Shown here: positions 27,101 through 42,070 of the stretch, piece by piece
How the letters are laid out: each line of letters begins with the position of its first letter
How positions within the stretch are numbered: the stretch's first letter is position 1
Assembly: GCA_050613775.1 (NCBI GenBank)
Contig: JBODTK010000157.1
Location: 1 to 64,000, forward strand
Direction of reading: 5' to 3'
From: Neocallimastix sp. 'constans'
Taxonomy: Eukaryota
DNA: 64,000 nt
Position numbers and translations under genes: made by a program
Notes under the pieces: model-generated
Databases searched by the model: none
What the model saw: only the letters and a program-made list of their open reading frames with translations
Told to the model about the DNA's origin: nothing

Positions 27101-30100
27101 TCAATAACGATAGAATTATTACCATTGTAATTTTGAACGATATAACTTTCATTTGGATTGAGAATAAGAGATGGGACACCATTATTACTGAATCGATAGA
27201 CACTATTTCTGTTAGCCATTTCATAAGGAGGAGTAGTGGTGGTGGTGGATGAAGAATTAAGTGGATAATTTTGATTTAATTGGTCATTTAATTCATTTAG
27301 TTGTTGATATCTTCTACGTAAATTTTCAGTTTCTTCTAAGAAATCATTTTCACGAATATCATTAATGACATCATAGGGAATCTTTTCTTCAATTAAATAG
27401 TTAACTGCTTGATCAATATCATTATTGGCTTTTCTTAAAGCGGCTAAATTATCTTCAGCATTTTCAAATCCCATACTGAAAAGTATGGCTAATAAATCAT
27501 TTTCTTTACGAGTTGCCGTTTCCATGAGAGCATATTCTTGTTCAGCAATGAATTGATTATCTCTCATATAATCATTAGAAGAAAGTAAATCATTGTCATT
27601 ATTATTATTGTTGTCGCCACTGGTATTATTACTTGTGGTAGCTGAACGACTTATAGCATTGTAAAGAAGATTATCATTGGTGATGGCATCATTATTCTTG
27701 GAGGATGTATTAGCATTATTATTTTTATTTTGACCTTCAATTAAACTAAAGGTAGTATCTGCCTTACCTTTACCTTTACTAATAGTCTTCTTTCTTTTTA
27801 ATTCTAATTCTTCTTCTTCACTTAATTTATTTTCCTTTTCACCATTTTCTTCTTTTTCTTCTTTTCCTTTTTCTTCTTCTTCTACTTCTTTTGATTTTGT
27901 TTCTTCTTCTTTAACCTCAGTTGAGCTAACAACTTCCTTCTCTTCATGCTCATTAGAAACCTTACTGTTTTCACCCTTTTCAGGTTCTATTTCTTTTTCC
28001 TCTTCCTTTATCGTTTCAAATTTATCCTTTTGTTCTGGAGTAGTAGTAGCTTCTGTAGTTGTGGCCTTATCACCATCATTAATATTTTCATTTAAGATAC
28101 GATGGAAAATACCAGCAAAATCTATTTCTTCTTTAAATTCTTTATTATCACCAATATATTGGAAAAGATTATTAAATTCTTTTAAGATATATTCAGTACT
28201 GTCATGCTTCTTTAATGTCTTTTCATTATTTTCATTTTCATTTTCATCAACGCTAGCATCAACATCTTCGGCAGTATTAGCTTTAATTTTATTTTTAAAT
28301 TCTTTTTCATCTTCCACAGTTTGTTTAGTAGTAGAAGTTCTCTTTACACCTTCACCATCTTCACCTTCATTTCCCATGATGAGATGAGAAGAGGAACCCG
28401 AATTACTGATACTACTTATACCACTTAAACTATTCATACTACAAATGGAATGATGTAAACTTTCGAAATCATAAGCACTAGCAGTTGATTTTCTACTAAA
28501 TTCTCTGGTAACATCCCCATTTTTATTTAATTCATTCAAGACATCAATACTTTTCTTACTTAAACCACGACATATTTCACTACCAGAAATATTCTTTTTA
28601 CTTAATTGACGAATAATCATACTTGATCTTCTCGTAAATTCTTCAGCTACATCCTTCTTATTCTTGAAGGCACTAACACTTCTTGGAATGTAAAGATTTT
28701 CATGGTTTTTAGAGGGTTCCACTGGTGCACTGGCTGGAGATTCATCCTCATCCATTCCAAAGTTGTCTGTACTAATATTATATACTGATTTTTTATTTCC
28801 ATTTCCACTGCTCGTTGGTAATTCTGGTAACTCCTTATTTCTATTAATTTCATTCATAATAGGTTTTACAGTGGTGGTTCTACCATTTTCTTCTTCTAAG
28901 GTGGTCTTTTCTAATTCCTTAATTAAAGTTTCATTGGAATGATTCTCCTTATCATCATCATCATCATCATTAAAATCATTATTATCAATAATTCGAGAAT
29001 GTAATTCCTTAAGAATAATACTACTATTACTTAATTCATTTTCGTCATCAGAATCCTCTTCCCTAGAATTATTACCATCATAGGAAGAGGAAATGGAAGC
29101 TAAGGAGGGTCCAGCTAAATCTAATAAACTATTTACTTTATAATCATTATTACGATCACCAGAATTGTTTTCATTGGTATTTGGAGTATGACGACTGAAG
29201 GAAGTTTCAGCCATTTCTAATAAACTATTAATTTTCTTACCTTCCTCTATTGTATTAACGGTAGCAACTTCTTCATTTAATTTTTTATTATTATCACTAT
29301 CACCACTACCACCATTATTATTACCTAATTGATTTAAACTAGAGAAGTAAGAAGCAGTTGATGGTGGTGGTGGAACATCCTTTTCTACTTGACTTAATTG
29401 TTCAATACTACTTAATTGAGGTTTAGTAGCTTCTTCTTTCTTTTTAAGATCTTCACCACCTGAAATAACAGGAACATTTTCAATTGCCATGATACTGTTT
29501 AAACCTTCATAAGTACTCTTTAAATGAGGAGAATATTCTTGTTGTTGTTGAGCTAAACTAGATAAACTACTTAATTCAGGTTGAGCATTTTCAGATGATG
29601 TTTGTGGTTGCTTTTGCTGTTGAGCTAAATTAGATAAACCACTAAATCCGGATGGAATTGGAGATTGTTGTGTTGGTTGTTGTTGTTGTTGAGCTAAACT
29701 AGATAAACCACTAAATCCGGATGGAATTGGAGATTGTTGTGTTGGTTGTTGTTGTTGTTGTTGAGCTAAACTAGATAAACCACTAAATCCAGATGGAATT
29801 GGAGATTGTTGTGGTTGTGGTTGTGGTTGTTGAGCTAAACTAGATAAACCACTAAATCCAGATGGAATTGGAGATTGTTGTGGTTGTGGTTGTGGTTGTG
29901 GTTGTTGAGCTAAACTAGATAAACCACTAAATCCGGATGGAATTGAAGATTGCTGTGGCTGTTGTTGTTGAGCTCGAGTTTCAGTTAAACTAGTTAAACT
30001 ATTTAATGCAGATAATGGTTCAGATTCCTTTTTCACATCATCACCCTCTACTTCTTCTTCTTCTTCTTCTGCTGGAGGTATAGGAGAAGTAGTTGGGGTT

Positions 30101-32332
30101 GGACGAGAAGGAATGGTGAAACCACGTAAGTCGTTTAACGCCTTCAACAAGTCATTACCTTCATTTACCGGAGTGGTAGTTTCATTAATATTATTTAAAA
30201 CAGAGAATGGAATATTATCCTTTTCGATTTTTTCGGTTTCAGGAACTTCAACGTTGATTCCAGTACTCTTTAAATTTTCAAATTTCAAATGATTTACATT
30301 AATTTTACTGCTATTGAAACTACTATTACTACTGGGACTAGTAGGCGTAATTGGAGAGACATGAGCAATTGGTGAAAGGGACATACTTAACGATTTATCT
30401 GAAGGATTTTGTCTAACATCTGTATTCACTGGTTGTAAACTTGCACCTCTTGGGAAACGATTCTTAATAAATTCAGAAATATCTTCACCTTTTTCATGCA
30501 TTTCACTTACCCTTTGTTTATCATCACTTTCAATAATAAAAGATGGACCATTATTATCAATTAATGGATTAATACTATTTTCATTACTATTCTCAGCTAA
30601 TTGATTGAGATGATTCAATTCTAAAGTAATATTAACACCCATATCACCATCAGCATTAGTATTCGTATTAGCATTAACATTACCATCAGTATTAGCATTA
30701 TTACTTTCAACTAATTGATTTAAAGCGTTTAATTCAGCGTTTGTAGTACTATTATTATTTTCAGCTAACTGATTAAGACCACTTAATTCAGTTGTGGTGA
30801 CACCTTCTGCCACATGTTCAGCTAATTGAGTAAGAGAACTTAAGCCATTAGCTGTAGTAGCATTTTCAGCTAATTGATTAAGAGCATTAAAACCAACATT
30901 AGCATAGTCATTTGATGCGCCAAGTTGATTTAAAGCATTTAATGAAGATATATTAGTAGGAATAGTATTTCCATTAGAATAATTATCTTCTCTTTCAGTA
31001 TATGGAGGTGGAAGATCAGAGGGTTCATCAATTTCAGTATATTCTTTTACTGGACTTAATTTTGTAGCTTCATATCTACCAAATGTATTCATTCCAGAAA
31101 ATACATTGGGTTGATATGAATTACTATTATTATTATTATTATTATCAGCATTTACATTAGCATTACCACTATTGCTAGTTTGACTACTACTTCCTTGAGT
31201 ATTATCATCATTTGTGGTTACGTTTTTAGCAGAAGGAGATCTTAATTTTGGAGATAGTAATGGGGCTAATTTTTCTAAACCAATCATTGATGGTGTTTGT
31301 CTAATCTCTCTCGAAACTTCATTTATTGAAGTATCATTATTGTTATTGTCTTCAGTATCATTAGTGTTATTAATATCATTTATGTTATTAGTATCATTAG
31401 TAGTACTTTCTTGATTATTTTCTTCATTAGAAGTACTAGCTACGTTATTTTCCTTCTCATCATTATCATTATCATTATTAGAAGTAATAGTAGTAGTAGT
31501 AGTAGTACTAGCAGTAGCAGTATTATTTGGGGTAGTGGTAGTAGTGGTACTAGTTGCAGTATTAGAAGACGAATTAAGATTAGTATTTTCAATTGCTGAT
31601 TTAGCTAATCTATTAAGCGTTTCAATTTTATTTTTATTAGAATTAGCTAAAGCACTAATACTATTAAGTCTACCAGTTAAAGCATAGGTAGTAGTATTAA
31701 CCTTCGTTGAATCTTCATTTCTATCAGCATCATTAATAATTGGAGAAGTAGTTAATTGAACCTTTCCATTAGTTGCATTATTAGTGTCATTTGATAAATA
31801 ATTATTATTATTTATGGCACCTTGTTGATATTGTTGATTTAAATTCATTAAATTAGCTTGATTAATGAGTTGTTGTTGCTGTTGTTGCTGTTGTTGTTGA
31901 TTCATAAGAAGAGCCATATTTTGAGCATTATATTGAGCCATAGCTGGATTATTACTAAATAAATGACTACCTTGAAGTGGTATTTGACCTTGTTGTTGTA
32001 ACTGTAATTGTTGTAATTGCTGTAATTGTAACTGTTGTAACTGTTGCTGTAATTGTATTTGTTGCATTTGAGGTGAAGCTAAATTATGATTATCATTATT
32101 AGTATTAGTATTACTAGAAATGCTACTAGGGTTTGCACTTTCTACTGTATTAACACTATTAGTAGTACGAACAGATACAACTGAGGCACTATCTTCCTGA
32201 GCACTACCGCTTGCATTACTATTTTTATTAGATTTATCAGCTTTTTTATGTGTACTGAAAAGACGTTTAGCAATATTTTTCATTTGTTTTGATTTTAAAT
32301 GAGATTCATTAGAAGATTCATTTTCATTTGAC

Positions 32333-32369
<37 letters not shown>

Positions 32370-33015
32370 TAGTAGCTTGAGTTTGTCGTTGCTGTTGTTG
32401 CTGTTGTTGTTGTTGTTGAGATCTCAGAGTATTTTGTTTATTAATAGCTTGAATTTGTTGTTGTAATTGTAATTGTTGCATCTGTTGAAATTGTTGCATT
32501 TGTTGTTGAAATTGTAATTGTTGCATTTGTTGAAATTGTTGTAGTTGCTGTAACTGTTCTGGTGTAATTTGTATTTGAGAAGTATTCAATTGATTATTAT
32601 TTAATAAGAATTGATTATTATTAAGAATTTGCTGATTTAATTGCATTTGATTCATACCATTCATAGGTAAACCATTCATATTTATACCTGATAATTGATA
32701 TTGCATATTATTCATTACAGGACTCATCATTTGAATTGGCATTTGTTGTCCCAACATAGCTGGACTCATTGTTGGACTTACCATACCTTGATTTATTTGT
32801 CCCATTTGATTCATACTAGTAACCATAACCGAATTTATTCCTTGATTCATTTGATTCATAACTGGACTCATTTGTGGGTTCAAAACAGGACTCATTTGTG
32901 GACTCATGCCGTTCATACCTGCTACATTAACAAATGAGGTATTAGCATTTGCATTATTTATTGAGGAATTAACGGTGTTAGCGTTTTCATTATTTTCATT
33001 ATTTACACCTATCAT
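24174..33015 (-). CDS. Giant (~2838 aa) low-complexity protein with a UBA domain and C-terminal SEL1-like repeats (Chs4/Skt5/Ack1-like architecture); exons 33015-24635 and 24309-24174
   Basis: 8.4-kb open exon. UBA motif LFSMGFE...ALRKANNDIDQAVNYL. SEL1 units such as YNLGLCYE and ALELGKFY. A second exon (YKVGCCYEIGYGVPMDKNIALSYYENASSKG) joins in frame through a GTAAGT...AG intron. An upstream exon cannot be excluded. Confidence 0.85.
29610..29965 (-). repeat. Coding tandem repeat, five copies of QQS(P/S)IPSGFSGLS(S/N)LAQQ with variable Q/P spacers
   Basis: Visible in both the protein and the DNA (GATAAACCACTAAATCCRGATGGAATTG). Confidence 0.9.
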
Positions 33016-36000
33016 TTTCTTCTATAAAATATTTATAAATAAATAAAAATATATATATATTTATATATATAAATATAAATATTTACAATTTTATAATAAC
33101 ATATAAATAAATAACTTTATTTTAGTTAAATATTCTTGTTATATTTAAAATATATATATATATAATGTAAAAATAATTTGACTATATTTCTAAAAAAAAA
33201 AAAATAAAATAAAATAATTAAAACTATTATAATCATATAATATGATATTAATCTCTTTTTTTTATTATTATGAATAAGAATTTATATATATATTACCTTT
33301 TAGTATTATTTGTATTAATTATAATTTCATAAAGCGTATTATAGATATATATATTCTATTATTTAATTATTTTTCTATTTTTAAAATTTATAAAATTCAA
33401 AAAAGTTGTATCAATATATTCAATACTTATTATATAAATAATTTTTTTTTATATATTATTTTTGTTAAATTCTGATTATTTATTATTATTTTTTATAATT
33501 ATGACTATATTTCAATAAAAAAAAAAAAAAAAAGATTGAAAAGTAATTTGAATTTTTGTCTTTAAATATTGGATTGGAGAGAAAAAAAAACAATTTCAAA
33601 ACTTTAAACCTTTAAATTCTTTTTTCTTTTTTCTTTTTCCTTTTTTTTTTTTTTTTTTTCTTTGTTTTAAAGTTGATTTTTTACGTCTTCTTAATAAAAA
33701 AAAAAAATTAATAAATAAAAAAAATAATAATTCTTTAGATAATTAATTTTTTCTTTTTCTTTTTTTCTTTTTTTTAATTAAAAAAAGTATAAGAAAAGTT
33801 TATATTAAAACTAGATTATTTTATAATTAAACTAAATCTTATTATAAGCAAATAAATATTTAAATATTTAAATATTTTATTTTCTTAAATAATTTTATTA
33901 TTATTTTTATTACTTTTGTTATTTTGATTTTATTTTTATTGCATTTATTTTTTTTTTATGTATATTTTTTTTTTATTTTAAAAAATTATTGTTAAATTAC
34001 TAATTTCTACTTTTACTTTGTAAAAATTTTCTTTTAACAATTTTTGACTTTATTTATTTATTTATTTTTTGGGCTTTTATTATAATTATTAGTTTTATTA
34101 TTTTACTAAAAGTGGTATAGCTTTGTTAGTACGATGAACTTTATGTTAAAAATAAATAATGTAATATACAGTATATAATATATAATTTATATAAAATAAA
34201 TAAGAAAAGAAAAGAAAAGAATAGATAAAAAAGATTTTAGTAAATAAACTGATTTTTTTATATTTTATAAATATTTGATTTATATTATGTTTATAATTTA
34301 TTATAAATAACAAAAATTATAATCATTTATTTAAACATATATATATAAAGAAATAAATATAAATAAATTATATTAAAAATAAAATAAAATAAAATTTACT
34401 TTCAAATCTTAAATTAAAAGAATAAATTAAATAACAATTATAACCAATTTAATTAATGATTATTCCAAAGAATAATATAAATATATCGGTTGCAATATTA
34501 AAACTTTGAAGTATTTTTTTTTAAAAAAAAAAAAAAAAGGCTTATTTACACAATATATAATTTAAATACTATTTTATTCTTTTAAATAATTAAAAGAATA
34601 AAATATTATATATATCTTTTTTTTTTTTTTTTAATATCACTATTTTTTTTTTTTTCTTTTTTTGTTAGAATTTAACTTTTTTAATTTTATAAAATTTTAA
34701 CTTCTTTTAAATATATATCTATAAAAAAAATAAAAATAAAGACAAAAGAAAAATGTTTATTATATATATATTTTAAAACAAAATAAATATTATTAATATA
34801 TAGTAATAATAAATAAAGATTTGAACAAAACAAATATAAAAAAAGTTTATATGTATATATATATTATTTTTTATTATTTGAAGGAATAATAAGAATTATA
34901 TTATGTAAAAAAAAATAAAAAATAATAATAAATAATAATAAATAATAAAATAAATAAATAAAAAAAAGAATAACAAAAGTTTAATTTATATTAAAATTCA
35001 TTTTTTATCTTCTATGTTAATTAATTGTAATAAATTAATATTAAATCGAAGTTTTTATCTATAATAAACATTAAATAATAAAAACTTTAATCCATAATAC
35101 TTTTTTTTTTTTTATTTTTTTTTATAAATGAAATCCAAATATTAATGATATAAAAATCATATTTTTATTTTATTTTATTTTATTTTATTTCATTTATATA
35201 TATAATATAATATATTTTTTTTTGATTATTTCCAATATAATAATAAATCAAACTATAAATAAATTTATATATTAATTAAATAATATTATTTAATAGTAAT
35301 GCAATACAAAATAGAAAAAAATTTTATTAATTTTTATTTATTAATATTTTATATATCTTTATTATTTATTTATTTATTTATTTATTTATTATTTATTTAT
35401 TTATTTATTTATTATTCAATTATTTATTATTTATTATTTATTATTCAATTATTTATTATTTATTTTTTATTATTCAATTATTTATTATTTATTATTTATT
35501 ATTCAATTATTTATTATTCAATTATTTATTATTCAATTATTTATTATTTATTATTTATTATTCAATTTTTTATTATTCAATTATTTATTTATTTATTATT
35601 TATTATTTATTATTTAATTATTTATTATTTATTATTTATTATTTATTATTTATTATTTATTATTTATTATTCAATTATTTATTATGTATTATTTATTATT
35701 CAATTATTTATTATTTATTATTTATTATTTATTATTTATTATTTATTATTTATTATTTATTATTTATTATTTATTATTTATTATTTATTATTTATTATTT
35801 ATTATTTATAATTTATTATTTATTATTTATTATTTATTATATATTTATTATTTATTATAATTAAATTCTTTTTTTTTAACCATTTTTTATATTGAATAAA
35901 GTTTATTATTCAAAATATATGATATATATTAAATTATATTGTTAATGTATTTAATCTTAGTAAATTTAATTTATTATATAGCCTTTAAATTGAAAGGGAA

Positions 36001-36034
36001 AATGAATATACTAATAGAAAAAATGCTAATACTA

Positions 36035-36152
<118 letters not shown>

Positions 36153-38574
36153 TAAAAATAAAAATAAAAGGTTATATTTAGTATATATATAGAAATTAGT
36201 ATTAAAATGTAGTTTTATTATCTATTTAACTTTTAGCATTTAATATAAAATAAAATAAAGAGTAAACATAAAATAATAGGAAATAAGATTCCTTAATAAT
36301 TTTAAAACAGTATCAATTGTAGTAAATAAAAATTAATATAAAAAATGATATAAATTCTATATTAATATATTTTGTGAAACAATCACCGCAACGAATAAGA
36401 TTAAGGATATTTTAAAAATGAAATAAAAAAAAAAAATAAAAAAAAAAAAACATCAATCTATTTAATCCATTATAATAAAATATATTAAAAATTTAATTAA
36501 TTTTCATTACACGAATTTTTTTTATTAAATTAATATAAATTTAATATATGCTACTAATAAATACATTAATATTATTTATTCTTTACTATAAAAAATTTAA
36601 ATAAATATAATAAATATATTTATTAATATAATATATATTCATCTTAAAATAGAACAATTAAAAATAAAAGAGAAAAAAATATTCTTATTAAATATATAAA
36701 TAAATAAATAAATAAAATAATAAATAGATAAATAAATATTAGAAAGAAGAAATAAAATATTATTGGCAATTCTTTTTATGAATTTATGGATTAAAAAATT
36801 AAAAATAAACTAAAATAAAATAAAAAAATTATTATTTAGGGGTTAGGGTCATCAGTGATGATTTTATTTTTAATCGTTGGTTTGAAGTTAATATACTTGA
36901 ACTATTTATACAAAATATTCGATGAATATTATATAAAAGTCATTTATAAAGTTAACTTTAATTATAACCTTCCATAATTACGAAAATTAAGCCAAATTAT
37001 ATATAAATATAATTAAAATTGTATAATAATAAATATATAATAATAAAATAATTTATATAATTAATAATAAAATAAAATTTTAAAATTTACATAAAAAATA
37101 AAATTTAATAATAAAATTAATTTAAAGATTAAATAATTCATTCATATATTCACTTTATAATATTTAATTATTTATTATTAATTATAACTTTATAATTATT
37201 TTACTAATACTTTATTATTAATTATAACTTTAACATTATTTTACAATTTACTAATACTTTATAATTAGTTTTTTTTAATTTTTTTTTTATTTTATTTTTT
37301 TTAAATTAAATATGTCAATTTAATATTCCAAACATTCTTTTTTATTATTTAATTCTATAATTATTTATTTTAATGTTCTTTTCTTTCTTTCATTTTGTTT
37401 TAGCAAAATTTAAAATTTTGTTTCATTCTATCAAATATGTCACGTCACAAAAAAAAAATTTTTTTTTCTATTAATAATAATGAATAATCATTATTATTAG
37501 GTTAATTAATATTATTATTCATAATATTTATTAATAATATTTATTTTATTCATTCATAAAAACCTTTTAAAAAGAACGAAAAGAACAAAATAATAATAAT
37601 AATATAAAGAAAAATAGTATTGATAATAAACTAACACTTTAGTATTATTTATTTACATATTTATTTATTAATTTAGATATTTATTTACATATTTATTTAT
37701 TTATTTATATAAATATTTAATTATATGTATTTATTGGGTGTCATATTTTTATTATAAAATTCTAATAATGAGTAATTAAACATCAACGAAGTACTTTTCA
37801 AATTCTATTTATGAGTAATATATTAAATTAATAAGTAAAAAAAATTTTCACAATTTATATATATATATATATATATATATTTTTAAAAAAGACACAAAAA
37901 TAAAAAATATATATATATTTTTATATATATAAAACAAATAATAAATAAATAATAAATAATAAATAGTAAATAATAATAAATAATAAATAGTAAATAATAA
38001 TAAATAATAAATAGTAAATAAATAAATAATATATAAATAATTAAATAATAAATAATTGAATAAATAATAAATAAATAATAAATAATAAAAAAAAAAAATA
38101 AATAATAAATAATTGAATAAATAATCAATAAATAATAAATAATCAATTAATAATAAATAATTGAATAATAAATAATAAATAATAAATAATAAATAATAAA
38201 TAATAAATAATAAATAATAAATAATGAATGATAAAAAGAGTATTTATTAATAAATTATAAATAATAAATAATGAATAATAAATAATAAAAAGAGTATTTA
38301 TTAATAAATAATAAATAATAAATAAATAATAAATAAATAATATATAATTAATCACCTTCTAATAAATCTAAAAATGAATTTATATATCACATTGATAAAG
38401 ATTAATCTATTATTGTTGAATTTCAATATTTGTTATTTCTTTCTTTTCTTTTATTTTATTTTTTAAAAAAAAGGATTATTCTCTTATATTTATTTATTAT
38501 TTGTTTATTTATATTTTTATTTATTTATTATATCTATATATTTATTTTTTATTTATCTATTTTAGTCTGATGAA

Positions 38575-38622
38575 AGGCAATTTACCCAAATGACCAAATG
38601 ATGATATTTGGGTAAATTGCCT
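38575..38622. other. Perfect 17-bp inverted repeat (hairpin with a 14-nt loop)
   Basis: AGGCAATTTACCCAAAT-N14-ATTTGGGTAAATTGCCT. Confidence 0.85.
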
Positions 38623-39427
38623 CAAAAAAATTTTTTTTTTCTTTTTTTGACATTATCTTCAAATATAAATTAAAAATAAATAGAATTGATTTTTTTTTTT
38701 TTTTTTTATTTTTTTATTTTATTTTTTTTAATATTATTGAAATTATTTAAAACTTTTTTTTTTTTTTGAAAAAAATAATATATTTATGAAAATTAGATTA
38801 TATAAGAATTAAAGTTTTACAGATGATTTTATAAAAAAAAATTTTTTTCAAAATTAATTTTATATTATATATTACATTTTATTATATTATATTATTTTAT
38901 TTAAATTATATTAAAAAAAAATATATATATTTAAAATGAATCATTAATAAAAAATAAATTTACCATAAAAAATATAGAAGTAAAAATAAAAATTAAGAAT
39001 ACTAATTATTTATTATTTATTATTCAATTATTTATTATTTATTATTTATTAATAAATACTTTTTTTATTATTTATTATTTATTATTAATAAATACTCTTT
39101 TTATTATTTATTATTTATTTATTTAATTATTTAATTATTATTTATTTATTATTTATTATTTATTTATTTAATTATTTAATTATTATTTATTTATTATTTA
39201 TTATTAATTATTTATTATTTATTTATTTATTATTTAATTATTATTTATTTATTTATTATTTATTATTATTTATTATTTATTATTTATTATTTATTATTTA
39301 TTATTTATTATTTATTATTTATTATTTATTATTCAATTATTTATTATTATTATTTATTATTATTATTTATTATTTATTATTTATTATTTATTATTAAATT
39401 ATTTATTATTTATTATTTATTATTTTC

Positions 39428-40011
39428 AGAAGAGAATTACCACTTGGGTACATGATTTCATGTGTCCATGTAGATATATTCTATTTGGTGATGTAGACAT
39501 TCTACTAAATTGTAATCCTTCTGACGTTTATATAATTACTAAGTGAGCCAGTATGTATCACCATGGGTTAAGTTATATAGACTTCGCTTCATAGGAAAGT
39601 TAGGAACTGGAGAAGCACTCCAAGAAAAAGCGTCGTAGAAAATTCTTAGCAATAATATGCATGTTAGAGCGCCAATGTTGAATACTTAATAAGGCTGATA
39701 AAAAGGGACATTTCTGCCCATATGGAAGTGCTGCAAAGGGTGGTACACATCGGGAGAGTTGTTATTCCCCAAATTACATTTCCCCAAGTTGCATTTCGAC
39801 AAGTGGAGTATTGAATAAATGAATAAATATTAATTTAAAATAATTTTCTTTAAAATTGTTTTTATTCAATATTAATATTATTTAATTTTATTTATTTATT
39901 TATTTATTTATTTAATAATTTTAATTTGGCGAAATGCAACCTAGCGAAATTCAATTTGGTGAAATGCCCCACTCCCCTACACATCGGAAATAAATTATAA
40001 AAAAAAAAAAA
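39428..40011 (+). mobile_element. LINE 3' fragment with poly(A) tail, interrupted by MITE A copy 3
   Basis: Homologous to 2454-2725. After the MITE it continues ...CATCGGAAATAAATTAT(A)n. Confidence 0.65.
39752..39976 (+). mobile_element. MITE family A, copy 3
   Basis: Ends GGGAGAGTTG...GAAATGCCCCACTCCC. TACACATC is duplicated at 39744-39751 and 39978-39985. Confidence 0.9.
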
Positions 40012-40399
40012 TTTACATTTCTTATTTGTAATTTCTTTTTTAATTCAATGTTTAATATTTTATATTTATTATTTACTATTTACTATTAATTATTTATTAG
40101 TTATTTTTTATTCGTTAATTTTTATTCTTTATTAGGTATAATTTATTTTATTTTATTTACATTACACCTTATTTTAATAAATTTATTATTTATAAATCCT
40201 AATTAAAGATATTTTTAATAATTAATAAATAAAGTAATGAAAATGTTATATTCTCTTGCTAGTGTATTATTTCATGAAAAATGAAATCATTTCTATCCTA
40301 AGAAATATAATAAAAATAAAACAAAGAAGGTTAGCATCTGTGAAGTTGACAGATCGTGAGATGTCCACCAAATTTTCTTTCCTCTCCCCTCTAGAATCG

Positions 40400-40446
<47 letters not shown>

Positions 40447-40530
40447 GAAAGAATATATTTATTTATTAGGAGATATATAATTTTTTATAATTTTTTTTAA
40501 TACATCATCGATGTTGAGGTGGTAGGTGGT

Positions 40531-40580
<50 letters not shown>

Positions 40581-40701
40581 GAAGAGGATGAAAGAAAAAA
40601 AGTGAAGAGAGAAAGAGAGAGAAAGGGTTAGGATCATAAACACCAATTTATTTATTTATTTATTTATTTCGTATATAAATTACATAAATATTTTTTATTT
40701 T

Positions 40702-40737
<36 letters not shown>

Positions 40738-40929
40738 AAACGTATAATTAATACAATAAAATATATATTTTTTCTTTTTCTTTCTTTTTTTTTTTTTATA
40801 GAAAAGCATAGAATTAATAAAATAATAAAATAAATAAATATTATTTGTCCAATTAGAACCTAATAATATTTTTTAAAATAGTAGTGTGAAATAAAAAGTA
40901 ATATTCAAAATAAAGTGTATAAATAAATT

Positions 40930-40959
<30 letters not shown>

Positions 40960-40968
<9 letters not shown>

Positions 40969-42025
40969 GGAAACGAACCTTCAAGATTATAAGAAGAAAA
41001 TTTCTGTTTTAAAAGGAAAAGAATTCTTATTCCGGATTAAGGTTTGAATTGACTATCTGAAAGAAAGGATGGTTCTTTTCCTTCAGAGAGCATTGTCCCT
41101 GCTAGTCTGTCTTACTACATTTTCAGCGTTAACGCTCCTGGTTAATTAGCGCTTATACCGTTGGAATAGCAACCCTTATCGAGTACTAACCAAGAATATC
41201 GTTTTAGAATAATTAACCAGAAATGATTTGGTTCTAAAATAAAACATCTCAATTCCTTTTTATAATTTAAATCAATAACATCTTCATCTCCTTCTTCCAC
41301 CAAGAAGGATGTTATATAATCGGTACCACGTCATATATATATTTACTAGCTCATTATTCAGAAAATTATTAATATTAATACGATTTTCACTAACTGATCT
41401 TTTTACTACATTATTAGTATCGATACTATTATTTTCACTATCACTAATATTAATATTCCTATTTTAAAACATCTAACCTGAGCAATCGCACATTTCCCTT
41501 GAAAGAGGTGAAATGTTAAGTTCTTTAGAAACGCAATAAAAATAAAAAAAAGGGATGTAAAGCTATTCCCATTAGAAAAAATCCTTCAATCCAGTATAAT
41601 CCTTGTATTTAACTAGTGTCTGTGTGACTTCCCGTTTCTTTCTTTATTTGATTTAAGTTAGAAGTGAATAATAGGAAATTTGTCCAATGACTTATGGCAG
41701 AAAATGATATTCGTTTATAAGGGATAGAAATATGAGGATTTTTAAGAAATCCTATAAAATGAAATAAAGTGCCCTTTCTAGCTTTATTATTCATTCTCTA
41801 TATGATCGGTTTCAATGTTAAATCATTTGAAAACGGTACGCCTAAGTAGGTATAGCAATTTGTTTTTAGGTTAACTCTTGACTTTGAAAAGATAAAGAGA
41901 AGGATTATTATTAATTAAGAAATCTTAAAACTTCCCCTCTTGTACTACTACTAAACTGGCACATTTATTTATTGACACCAAATTGCATTATCATAATTTC
42001 TAACCCATTTATTGGCAAATTTTAC

Positions 42026-42070
<45 letters not shown>

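Noticed and set aside
36836..36849. TTAGGG-like telomeric motifs (also near 3377 and 45997)
   Set aside because: Only one or two imperfect units each; there is no array.
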